A DNA stretch of 62,372 nt, counting the filler, from Sphacelaria rigidula (Eukaryota), in the NCBI GenBank assembly GCA_964200075.2. It is 7 parts of 7 records of this genome, joined end to end, with 100 filler letters (N's around TTAATTAATTAA, not from the genome) between each part and the next. Parts side by side here need not be neighbours in the genome. Positions count along the whole stretch, not along the records: positions 8,926 to 17,750 come from CAXNAA020010015.1; positions 17,851 to 26,675 come from CAXNAA020010016.1; 5 more parts are not named here. One strand, written 5' to 3'. Below the pieces are notes generated by a model that ran no database searches, had not been told where the DNA came from, and saw only the letters and a program-made list of their open reading frames with translations. Position numbers and translations under genes: made by a program. Numbering within the stretch: position 1 is the first letter of the stretch; each line of letters opens with the position of its first letter. Below, in pieces: positions 12,201 through 23,046 of the stretch.

Positions 12201-15200
12201 GCCTCTGTATTGCAAATACACACCTAGGCACACGTTGTTGACACAGCACGTCGTGGTGCCACAGATCATGGGGTTGGCAGTGCAACCTGCGTAGAGTGAG
12301 CAAAAACGAAATAAAAACGGTTGTCACGAGAACTCAGTCGACAGTGGGGAATCCTGCACTGAGGGTGGCGGCATACACCATCAGATCACGAGCGGGCAAC
12401 CGGTCGGCCCCTCCTTCGCAACCTGGCAACGCACCAAGGACATCTTGTGCCGTTCTCAACCGCGGCGACAGTGTGTGGCGTTTGAAGCCACGGAGCCACA
12501 GGCACAGCTATGATCCCGCTTTGAACGAATGCCACACAGAAATCTCACCACGACCGTACCATCCCCCCCCGCACTCCGCTGCAGCTATGCAAGGATGACA
12601 CCCTCGGCAGTGATTTTACTAGCATTCTGTTCTTCACAAGGAAAAGGGGAAGGGGCGTGCGTAGCAACACGATGTGAAAAGCTATTACCTTGCCGGGATC
12701 ATCTGTCACGAGTCATACCTGTTGACTGACACTTGAGGTTCCTCCCCGAGTCGACGCCGGTATTACCCACGCATGTAGTGTTCGCGCAGCACTCGTCTTC
12801 TCGTACCGGGGTGGTCCTGATTATGCACGCATTTGGTGCCAGGGTGCACCCTGCGGATGCGTCCAGACCAAGTGCACACCCATGCAAGCGCTGAATCAGC
12901 CCGGCTTGATGACAGATGAGGATTTGAACGGGTGCGCAAAATACCATTTTTGTCCCCACTACCAGCCTGTGGGACGAATTTCAGCTAATTTCAGTCAGGT
13001 GTGGTACTCGACCTGAACAACGTTGGGAAGCTATCGCTTTGACCGCGGAGCATTTTATTCGAGTCCGCACTGTCGTTGAGTGTTGCACAAATTCTTTTGC
13101 GGAAAAGCATCACACCTTTTGTCGTGCCAGCGGTTCACCGCAAATAGTACTGTCGAGTACGCATTCTTGGCGGGACCGGTGCACGACTCCAATCCACGTA
13201 CTCGAGGATGCCTACTACCGATTCGTCATCAGGTACATACCTCCACATCGATCTCCTTCAAACTGGTTACACACTTGCTGACCGGGGCAGTCATCGTTCT
13301 GGTTGCAGTCTGGTTCACACGGACGGTTGGCGGACAAACGGGGCGCGCATACTGTAATGCGTGAGAGGACCGCGCCGTAGTTCAAAACACGGATCGACGT
13401 CTTTCGAAAACCAAACGGGCCAGTCCCTGCGGGTACCACGCCCCTGGCCATAACTCAAACACCAACCCAAACCCTGACCTAAATCAAGGGGATGCTCAAA
13501 TATCGATACGATTCTCCAAGCACGCGGTCCTCGCACGCATTACAATAGTTCATCATTCTCAAGTGCGGCATGTCGTCAGGACATCACCCTTCCATTAGTT
13601 TTATTTCATCATAATATCATGCTTACACGGGACTATTTTAGACGAAGCCCGAGGTATGTCGCTTCTTCGGTACGAGTAGTGTGTACGTTTACCAGCCACC
13701 CATGGGTCCATCCCTGATGGTATGATATACGTATCCAAGGGAGGCAAAATTGAAACACATCTTGGAAGCACAATATGTCAATTTCCGGCATTATGCAGAA
13801 ACATCGAGCACGAGCACCAAACTCATCTTCCCTGGGACGCAAGCGTTGAGGTACACTACAACCACTGTCTCCCAGTAGAGCGAAAAGTGTTTTCCGCGGT
13901 GTTTCCGCCCACCAATGTGCACCCGCCGCTCGAGTGATCATCCCTGTGGGTACTCGTAAGCTGTGATCATGTGTCTCTATACGGTATCCGCTTTTCTCCC
14001 CAATCTTTTTTCGTTAGGGTTGGGATTGCTGCAACCGACGTTGCGGCACAACATGTTGCGGTTCGACAAATTTTCGGACCGCGTACAGTTATTTTGTATC
14101 TTTTCACGGAGAGTACCCCTTCTGTGTGGATGGGGTGTACAATAATGCGTGAGAGGACCGCGCCGTAGTTCGAAACACCTCAGGATCGACTTCGTTCAAG
14201 ATCAATGGCGCCAGTCCCTGCACGTACCACTCTCCCTGACCATAACCCCAACACTTACCCTGACTCTATCCCTGGGCACAGAGGTGTTCAAATTCCGGCG
14301 CGGTCCTCTCACGCGTTACAGGGACCTCGAGTAGGTCATTGATTGACTCGTGAGAGGACGGCGCTCAGAGAACCGCATGATAGTCTAAAACACTTGATCG
14401 ACTTCCTTCAAACGCAATGGGACCAGTCCTTATAGGGACCACGCCCCCGACACCAAGACTGTAACCCAAACACTAACCCTGCCCCCAACGAACTCCAACC
14501 AAATTCCGATGCGGTCCTTCAAGCCGGCGGGCCTTTCGCGCATCACAGTAGGCGTATCGCCATGATTTGTCAATACTCTAGCGAATTTGTAGACCACGTG
14601 AGGTTCAGGATGTCTCGTGTGGAAGGTTGAAGTTAATCCGAGCTGGCAAGGCTACCGCGTCAGTCAGTCGGATAAAACCTCCGAATGTGCAGCACCCTTT
14701 CATTTTACTTTCAGGATCGAGCATGCTTGTGATCGTTGATTTATATCGCCCTTTTCGATCTCTCTCTCACTCCCTCCAGCTCCCTGCTTTGAGAGGAGAC
14801 TGCGTTCGTCTTCAACCATTTTGTCTCTCTGATTTATTTTGAGCTGCAGGAGCAAGCAGTGTAACAACCGCTGTGCACTTTCTGCTGCACTACTGTCTCC
14901 AGGACAGTAGTCGGTCTGTTCTGAGAACAGTACTGAAGACAACGAGCCACAATTTCCAACAACAGACAGGGGAGATTGCACGATGACGTTTACTGGGTCT
15001 TGTGTCATTGTGATGCGTGATGGGACCGCGTGCTCAGGGAACCGCGTCGTAATTCGAGTTTTCCCATGGTTATGGTGATGGTTATGGTAATGGTTACGAG
15101 ATGCTTGATGTTAGTATGCGGGGCGTGGTCCCTGCAGGGACCAGCCTGACTGGTTTAGGAAAACGCCAATCCCAAGGTGTTTCAAAGTACGATACGGTCC

Positions 15201-15547
15201 CCTACGCACGCGGTCCTCTCATGCATCACACAACCACCATCCGCGAGCAGTGCCGTCTGTACAATTCTCGCAAAAGTGAGGACCACGATGCCACATCTTT
15301 GCCCAGAAGGTTTCTCGAAGCTCGCAGTTGTGTAACGGCAGCGGCAAACAGAGTGGAGGGTCTTAGTACAACACTCAGGAGCGGACAGACCCGAAGCATT
15401 TGCATCCCGACGATGACCTTTTGCGTTTGTCAGACAATTCCCACATTTACGGCCGGTGGTGAACTTACTTTGGCCAACAGCAGGTGATGCGAACAGGATG
15501 CTGATTATTCCGACAGCACATCGACGAAATGCCCTATTGGACAACAT
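9281..15547 (-). CDS. Predicted secreted Cys-rich plus Pro/Thr-rich protein (~200 aa); exons 15547-15469, 13309-13241, 12850-12719, 11754-11668, 10874-10692, 9333-9281
   Basis: The ATG exon encodes signal-peptide-like MLSNRAFRRCAVGIISILFASPAVGQ and ends at a gtaagt donor. Later exons are flanked by ag/gt, all phase 1, and join in frame (603 nt including stop): NCNQNDDCPGQQVCNQFEGDRCG / GCTLAPNACIIRTTPVREDECCANTTCVGNTGVDSGRNLKCQST / DNGIMNGEQVADSCQCASMFQDPVSLLCA / DPPPPTPPPT...(VTPAP)n...VKILP / GCLRFLPIVSRFLLYRC*. The last exon is the least certain. Confidence 0.68.
10096..10288. mobile_element. MITE family A (TIR TGTAATGCGTGAG...CTCACGCATTACA), complete copy
   Basis: Terminal inverted repeats; flanks accc/tccc are a near-match 4-bp duplication. 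Confidence 0.85.
10897..11052. mobile_element. MITE family A, degenerate partial copy
   Basis: Shares the internal motif ccaatcgggccagtccctg...accacgcccctgaccataacccc with the other copies. Confidence 0.7.
11180..11465 (-). repeat. Dispersed repeat family D (core ccctacaaagccgggacgg...catgaagggtgagctg)
   Basis: Reverse complement of the copies at about 52851-53145 and 53960-54230. Confidence 0.75.
13353..13544. mobile_element. MITE family A, complete copy
   Basis: tgtaatgcgtgagaggaccgcg...cgcggtcctcgcacgcattaca; flanks atac/atag. Confidence 0.88.
14141..14547. mobile_element. Two adjacent MITE family A copies (about 14141-14320 and 14343-14547)
   Basis: Both carry the gcgtgagaggac / gtcctctcacgc-type TIRs and the family's internal motifs; the second is more decayed. 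Confidence 0.8.
15009..15230. mobile_element. MITE family A, complete diverged copy
   Basis: tgtgatgcgtga...tctcatgcatcaca termini. Confidence 0.8.
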
Positions 15548-16261
15548 CGCCAATATCACCTGCAGAAACGAGAACAAAGGCACAGGTGGGAAGTGATTGG
15601 CAGGTAGGCGCAAAGCTGAAGTCACCAGTCGAGCGAACGACCAGTGAGGGGCTGATATCGCACTATCTCCTACGCACACTCGAGTGGCGACTGACACATA
15701 TTTTCATACGTCAGGGGTGGCATCGATACACAAGAAATATATCGTGAGAGTCGACAACGTGCGGGACTTGGGATTCAACTTTCGATACGCAAATTGTTAA
15801 ACATCTTTGAGAAGAGAGGCCTTCACGCTTGCTCCTTCTTGCTCATTATTTTTCTTGTCTGTCATGCGTGTCGGGTTCGCGGCCGAATTAGAACACCCGA
15901 GGATCGACGTGTCTAAAGGGTCGCGCGGACCTCATCAGTAAGCGCAGCGCGTCTGCACATTCATCGTGCAGGTAGTAGCGAAGGCAGGCAAGTGATGAGA
16001 GCGACACAGCGACGACGCAGGTTCTCGAACTCGGCGATTCTTGATCATTGGACGAATAGTTCAGGATATCCTGGACTACGGGTTCGGGATAACTCAACGG
16101 AGATCCCGAAATAAAATCGAGGATTTTTCAAATGGATTTTTGACGAAGGTCTCTCCCGGTCCATGAGGTGAAAGGGCGCCAAAAACGTTGGAGAACGGTC
16201 AAGACTGCTTCTATTGATGTCACTCACCCCAGCGTCCGTCATACGTAGTATCGGTATACTC

Positions 16262-16936
16262 TGTAATGCGTGAGAGGATCGTGAGAGGACCGCATCGGAA
16301 TTCGAACATCCCCATGGTTAGGGTTGGGGTCAGGGTTAGTGTTGAGTTATGGTCGGGGGCGTGGTACCTGCGGGGACTGGCCCGATTGGTTTTGAAAAAA
16401 CATCAATCCCCCGGTATCGTAGGTGACGTGGGTATGACTTTTAAAAATGCCGGATCAGGCGGTAACGGTAGGTACTGAAATCTCGAAATACCCTGGTATC
16501 GTAGGTATCGTAGGTATTACATTTCGAAATACCAAATTCGGTGGATACGGTAGGGTATGAGATGTCCCAAATACCGGTACCGGGTGTAATGCGTGAGAGG
16601 ACCGCGTGCTTAGGGGACCGCGGCGTAGTCCAAAACACCCCAGGATCGACATCGTTCTACACCAATCGGGCCAGTCCCTGCAGGTACCACGCCCCTTGTA
16701 ATGCGTGAGAAGACCACGTGCTTAGAGGACCGCGCCATAGTCCGTAAAACCCCAGGATCGACGTTCTTCGAAACCAATCGGGCCAGTCCCTGCGGGAACC
16801 ACGCCCCTGACCTCAACCCCAACACTAACACTAACCCTAACCCCATTCACAGGGATGTTCAAATTTAGATGCGGTCCTCTAAGCACGCGGTCCTCTCACG
16901 CATTACACCGGGTACCCACCTCACCTACGGTGCCTG
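16262..16936. mobile_element. Nested MITE cluster: truncated family A (16262-16410), then a TIR element (16411-16936) interrupted by a family A doublet (16585-16907)
   Basis: Outer TIRs ccggtatcgtaggtgacgtgggta / tacccacctcacctacggtgcctg; the doublet is flanked by an exact ccggg duplication. Confidence 0.8.
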
Positions 16937-17750
16937 TGGAAGCTTCAATTCTTCGCACACTAACGGAGCCAAGTAAGGCTATACATCGAAAATGAGATTT
17001 CCACGACGTGGACAAGACCAGACAAATAAATACCACACTGCTCTGCACTGCTTGCTCAATCCAGCTGAAGACACTGACCTATACGCCGTCAACTTGCCTC
17101 CAATTTGCGTCGCAGTTTGTCGTGGAAAATAAAGCCAACAACCATGGGCGCTACCTCACCTAAATCGCCCCCAAAAGGTTCATCAAGGGTCCCTTACTGT
17201 GAAAAAAATCCCACGACCGCCGGAGGCAGGAATGGCGGGACGCGATATCTTGGAGTTTTTTTCGGGCACTCTCGTATCATTTTGGACTTCATGCTTTTTG
17301 TTCTCGGGAGGGGCCGTTGGCGGCTTGCGGCTTCGCCGCTCGTCACCGATTGTTTTACAGTCAATCGGCGAGGGTTACGACCCTGAGAAATACCATGAAC
17401 TATACATGAATAATGTGTTCGAGTTTCGAGACCAAACTTTGTAATGCGTTTCTTGGTGGGGTTGGCATCGCTGAAGATGGTGGTGGGGTTGGCATCGCTT
17501 TCCAGTGCATTGGAAAGGGGGCTGTTTCATGAATGCCGTCGCGACGCTGATCATCGCGAAAAGTAGGAGGGGGCGCCCATCGGAAGGCCATATTGCGGCT
17601 GGCCAGAAAGCTGAGACGGGCCATCGTGATCACGGGGATCAAGTACATGGAATTGTTCCTCGGTGATCAATATGACTTTTATGGAGCCTGGCCCTGCTAC
17701 AGCAGGGAAGTCAGGGAAGATCTGGCAACCTCCGGGTGGACCGTGTCTCC

Positions 17751-17850
17751 NNNNNNNNNNNNNNNNNNNNNNNNNNNNNNNNNNNNNNNNNNNNTTAATT
17801 AATTAANNNNNNNNNNNNNNNNNNNNNNNNNNNNNNNNNNNNNNNNNNNN
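17751..17850. other. Artificial contig linker
   Basis: N44-TTAATTAATTAA-N44. Confidence 0.97.
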
Positions 17851-19786
17851 ATATGTGGCCCACGGACTAATTCAGTTCCGGTGATGAGATATTGCTCTGC
17901 CAGGTTGAATCCGTTTTTGGGTTGGCCCAGCTCGTATGATTTTTGTATGCGGGAATCTTGGCAGTTGACTTTTTTTTTTGGCGTAAGACTGCTGTTGCTG
18001 GGGGGGGGGGGTGTACTCATGATCATGCATGCCATAGTCATCGGGCCGTTGACTCTGTTGCTGGGGGGGAGATCATTGGCTCATGTACGCCGCGAATATA
18101 CTCGAACCCCACGCCCACAATTCAAGCCCATCTCCAGCCATCTCAACTTTCCCTCGCATCGCCAAGAGCGACGTGAGTCGTCACCGACGTCACCTGCCCA
18201 ATTCCTTACCGAGAAGAATCCCTTCGCTAGCATCCCCTCTCCCTCGTCTCCTGCCACACATTGCTACCAGGTTGAGCAAACCCTTGCCGCATATTGTGAG
18301 GCGCCCAATGCTTTCCGCCGCTACGATGACAACTTTGAGGCAACGCTGGTCAGGGGTATGGGCCCTGGATAAACTGAGGGTACGCCTGTGCACGCCTTAG
18401 ACGCTGCTGCGTAGTGGTTTCATGTCAAGAGTTTCCCGTGAGAGGTGTCTCGCCAGCATCTATGTAGTACCGAGCAGCAAGACACTTGGCCACGCGCTCA
18501 CGACAAATATGTACGACCACCCTGGCATATCTGATGTGAACAGGAACCTTTCATCAGCGGTACGCTGATACACTACCGACGCAATGACCAACTGTCATCT
18601 ACAACAGCGTTAAATTAGACTGGAGACTTCTGTCCTGCTTAACCTGATTTTTGTCGCCCGTTCCATCACCGTTAATTCGACAAACCATGGCAAGGGCAGA
18701 CCGGTCGCACCAGCTCTGTCTGAGTTCAGGCGTTGAATCATGAAAATAACTATCGCACTCCAGTTAGGAAAGCTGAGTATACAGGCAATTTCTCGTTAGG
18801 CCAAGGCTGAATCTAGCGAGCAGATGAGGTGCCAGCGTGTTGAACTCCAAAGCGTTGTGCAGCCAAATGTTTCCTCACGCTCTACCTGGGTAGCTGCTTC
18901 TGAACCAACCCTTGAACCGCGGTGCGGGTAGTCCATCTCGATCACGCACACTCTTTTTATGCAAAATTGATGCCGATCAAGCAGGTGGCCTATCCACGAG
19001 GTTAACGGGTTAAGGTCCTCTGCAATCACTTTTGTGGTCACATGACAGACACTTGTACAGAAGAACACAAGAGAGGCTACGACACATTGATCAGTTCACT
19101 GTACTGAGAAGGAGCGATTTTCAGACGGATCATGATTTGTCCGACGTGTGCAACGTTTGCGCCATTCCGCGTGCCTGGACTGCGCGTACCTGGGTTTCAA
19201 CGCTGAAAACAAAGCCTAAGGATTGATTCGTGAGGTACGAATCAATCACATTCGAATCAAGTAACTTCCAGACGAATAATTAATTCGTCCGCCCTGTAGC
19301 CAACAAATGATACCAAGCCGTAGGTTTCAGTGTAACCACATTCATGATTGGAGCAGTGGCGGTGGCATGGGATCCTGGATTGATGACCCTTATCTGTGTG
19401 GCCCCTTGCTACTGGCTTGTGATGGGGTCTGTTGAGGTTCACTCCGCAATACTAACAAGTGACAAGAAAGGACCTGTCGAGCACGAGGCCAGTGCTACTG
19501 GAGGAGTCCCTCGTTGATAGTTCTCCCCTTGATTCCCTCACTTTATCCTAGCTTTCCACAACTACCATGCGCCATAAAAATTGTATTCCAGCAACCAAAG
19601 TTTTGAAATTCTAGGTTGAAGACAACTCTGGGGAATTTGAGTGATGAAAGTGGACCGCCCGATTTCCTCACAATCGTTGCTGCACCTAGAACCCCCACAT
19701 TTCGATTATCGAAATCCAGATTTGCAAGGCATGTACAGGCTGGGCCGCCCAAGAAGCCACCAGGAATGTTGAAACGCAGTTTCTTC

Positions 19787-20378
19787 GCTCAATTTCGGAT
19801 CGTTTTCGATGACATTTTGACACGATGTACAGGACGTATGTGCGAACATCTCACCTTCAATTCCCTGTTTTTGTTCAGTTTTTCTTGGTGAGTTATTGGC
19901 AATTTTGTTCCGTAAAAATCTGTTCTGAAATGTCACTTCGCCAATTACCCACGGAGAAAATAAAATAAAAACAGGAGATGTAAGGTGAGGTGTTTACACC
20001 CACGTCCTGTACATCGTGTCGAAATTTCATGTAAAATGATCCAAAAGTGAGTGGAGAAAATACATCATTCCGTCTACAAGCGGTTTCTATAGTATGTGGA
20101 GGCGGACCAGTTACGAATAATTCAAACGCATTCCTGCGCTCAATTTTTTTATCGTTTTCGATTAACTTTTGACACGATGCACAGGACGTATGTGCAAATG
20201 CCGAACCTCTCTTTCTTTGTTTTGTTTTGCTTCTCTGCGTGAGTTATTCGCGATTTTGTTCCGGAAAACTGTTCTGAAATATTCCGTCGCCAAGACTTCA
20301 CGAAGAAAAGAAAAGAAAAACACACGGGAGGAACGAAGGGGTGTTTGCACATACTTCCTGTACATCATGTAAAAAATT
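19787..20378. mobile_element. Two hairpin MITE family B copies (about 19787-20052 and 20137-20378)
   Basis: Inverted arms tttgacacgatgtacaggacgt...acgtcctgtacatcgtgtcgaa around an AT-rich core; same family as 44982-45610. Confidence 0.75.
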
Positions 20379-20725
20379 GCTGCTTTGATGAGTGTGGGTG
20401 GTGGTGGTGCATCTCCACATTCACCTCCTCCATCGATCATCTCGAGTCTAGCGTATTGAAATCCCGGATAATCAGCCCTAAGTGTTCACTGTTCACATGT
20501 ACGTTCGCAACCGAATCGTCGTCATGAAGTTGTTTGGCGAATGACATCCTACTCACTCCTGCCAACGATGTCACCGACTCTCCCTGCGCTTTTCTTCAGG
20601 TGGAATTGTTGACGGTACTTCCAACAGACAAGTTGCCACGGACAACCTTGAAACGCTTGGTCAGGTGGCATTCCCACAAGCTCCCTCACCACCTGTAGCG
20701 GTGAGTAGCTGCAGACGGTCCAGCA

Positions 20726-21442
20726 ATGCCACGGCGATGCTGCCAAGCTGGTTGCTACACACGAGCCTCGTACGGCGAGCCAGGAACTCGGAAGGCAGAA
20801 TTCTGTGTTCATCATGCTGGGCCTGGAATGGCTGACGTTGCCAGCAAGAGATGCTCCCACGAGAGTTGCATGAAGCACCCGTCGTATGGATTTGAAGGCA
20901 CCAGGAGAGCGCTATTCTGTGTAGAGCACGCCGAGGAAGGAATGATCGACGTTGCAAATAAGAGGAAGAAGTGCTCCCACAACGGATGCGGTATCATGCC
21001 GTCGTACGGGTTGGCGGGAACTAGAAAGGCGGAATACTGCGTTCGGCATGCGGATCCTGGCATGGTGAACGTGGTGAGTAAGAAGTGTGTCCACGAGGGC
21101 TGCGCTAAGCAGCCGTCATACGCGGTGGTGGGAGAAACGACAGCACGGTTTTGCTTGCAGCATGCCAGTTTTGGGATGGAGAGTGTGGCGAATAAGCGAT
21201 GCTCTACTACGGGTTGCTGTCGGCGACCGTCCCATGGTTGGGCGGGAAGCCACAGAGGAGACTTTTGTGCAGACCACGCCGTGGACGGAATGATAAACTT
21301 GAAACGAACGAACAGTGTCAGAGCCCATTTTTCCGGTCAGCGTGAGGATTCTACACTGGTGAAGTTAGATATAGTGTATCCGGGATTTCGAAGATCACGG
21401 TGGAGGTTCAAGCGTGTCAGAAGACAGGAAACGAACCGGTAA
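20726..21442 (+). CDS. EsV-1-7 repeat protein (five Cys/His repeats)
   Basis: Five ~38-aa repeats C-x4-C-x3-(P/A)S(Y/H)-x9-(F/Y)C-x2-HA-x2-GM, the EsV-1-7 motif expanded in brown algae. The 3' end may instead splice at ccg|gtcagc near 21335. Confidence 0.9.
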   Translation: MPRRCCQAGCYTRASYGEPGTRKAEFCVHHAGPGMADVASKRCSHESCMKHPSYGFEGTRRALFCVEHAEEGMIDVANKRKKCSHNGCGIMPSYGLAGTRKAEYCVRHADPGMVNVVSKKCVHEGCAKQPSYAVVGETTARFCLQHASFGMESVANKRCSTTGCCRRPSHGWAGSHRGDFCADHAVDGMINLKRTNSVRAHFSGQREDSTLVKLDIVYPGFRRSRWRFKRVRRQETNR

Positions 21443-21883
21443 CTCCGCGTCAGTTTTATCGAATGGCAGTGCTGCCTACCGTTTTGATGCCACCCCGAGG
21501 TGGGAGGAGAAGCGACTTCGTAAGAGCCATGCAGTACGTGCACCGGGCCAAGCACGTGGATCACGCCGACTGCTTTGGACTCCATCTCGCATATCGGTAG
21601 GAGAGCTCTTATGGTGAATCGGCATCTCTCTCTTGAGAAAAAAGCATGCTTTCTCAGATGCCTATCCAACGAATGGATCCCTTACCCCTTGACAACACAG
21701 GAGTGTCCACCTGTTGGGTATGTATACTTGTCACCTGTAGAGTGTGTGTCAGACTCAGCTATCAGTCCTCGGATGCTCAAGTTGCCGATCCTAAGGTCGG
21801 GCAATGTGCGTTGCCTCTGCAGGAATATTGAATCATTCCAGCAGCTGTTGAGCCAATGTCTCCCCCCCCCCCCCCCCCCCCTC

Positions 21884-23046
21884 GAGTTTCGTGTCAGTTA
21901 CTTTCAGGTGTACACCACTCGTTCTGTGGTTCTTCCAGCATTTTTAAAAAACAGCCGCCATCGCCTGGTGTGTAGATAAGTGGCTGCCCCAGGGTGGTCG
22001 TGGTCGTTGGGGTCAAGATAAGGTAGACAGGGTGGCAAATGCCGAAACCACGTTCAAAATCCTCCACGCACGAACTTGAGTGTCCTATCAGTCACTTTCA
22101 GGTGTACACCACTCGTTATGTGGTTCTTCCAGCATTTTTTTCAAACGGATCCCTTCGCCCTGTGTGTGGATAGGTGGCTGTTCCAGGGTAGCCGTGGTCG
22201 TTGGGGTCGAGCTAAGGTAGACAGGGTGGCGAATACCGGAACCACGTTCAAAATCCTCCACGCACGAACTTGGATGAGTCCTGTCAGTTCCTTTCAGGTG
22301 TACACCACTCGTTCTGTGGTTCTTCCAGCAGTATTTGAAAACGGCAGCCATCGCCCGGTGTGTGGATAGGTGGCTATCCAGTGTGGTCATGGTCATTTGG
22401 GTCAAGTTGAGGTAGACAGGGTGGCGAATGCCGAAACCACGTTCAACATCCTTCACGCACGAACTTGAGTGTCTTGTCAAGTCAATCACTTTCAAGTGTA
22501 CGACACTCGTTCTGTGGTTCTAACAGCGTTGATTAAAAACGGCGGCCATCGCCCGGCGTGTGGATAGGTGGCTGTTCCAGGGTAGTCGTGGTCGTTGGGG
22601 TCAAGCTAAGAAGGGCAGGGCGGCAAATGCCGAAACCACGCTCAACATCCTCCACGCACGAACTTGAGTGTCTTGTCAGTTTCTTTCAGGTGTACACCAC
22701 TCGTTCTGTGGTTCTTACAGCATTATTTAAAAACGGCGGCCATCGTCCGGCGTGTGGATAGGTGGCTGTTCCAGGGTAGTCGTGGTCGTTGGGGTCAAGC
22801 TAAGAAGGGCAGGGCGGCAAATGCCGAAACCACGTTCAAAATCCTCCACGCACGAACTTGAGTGTCTTGTCAGTTTCTTTCAGGTGTACAACACTCGTTC
22901 TGTTTTTTTTCCAGCAGTATTTAAAAACGGCGGCCATCGTCCGGCGTGTGGATAGGTTGCTGTTCCAGGGTAGTCGTGGTCGTTGGGGTCAAGCTAAGGG
23001 CAGGGCGGCAAATGCCGAAACCACGTTCGAAATCCTCCACGCACGC
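21884..23046. repeat. Tandem array of six ~194-bp units
   Basis: Anchor ttca(g/a)gtgtac at 21903, 22097, 22293, 22491, 22685 and 22879 (periods 194, 196, 198, 194, 194). Confidence 0.95.

Noticed and set aside
14810..14925. Possible extra exon of the secreted-protein gene (QTDYCPGDSS...)
   Set aside because: An acceptor-like site exists but I found no convincing donor.
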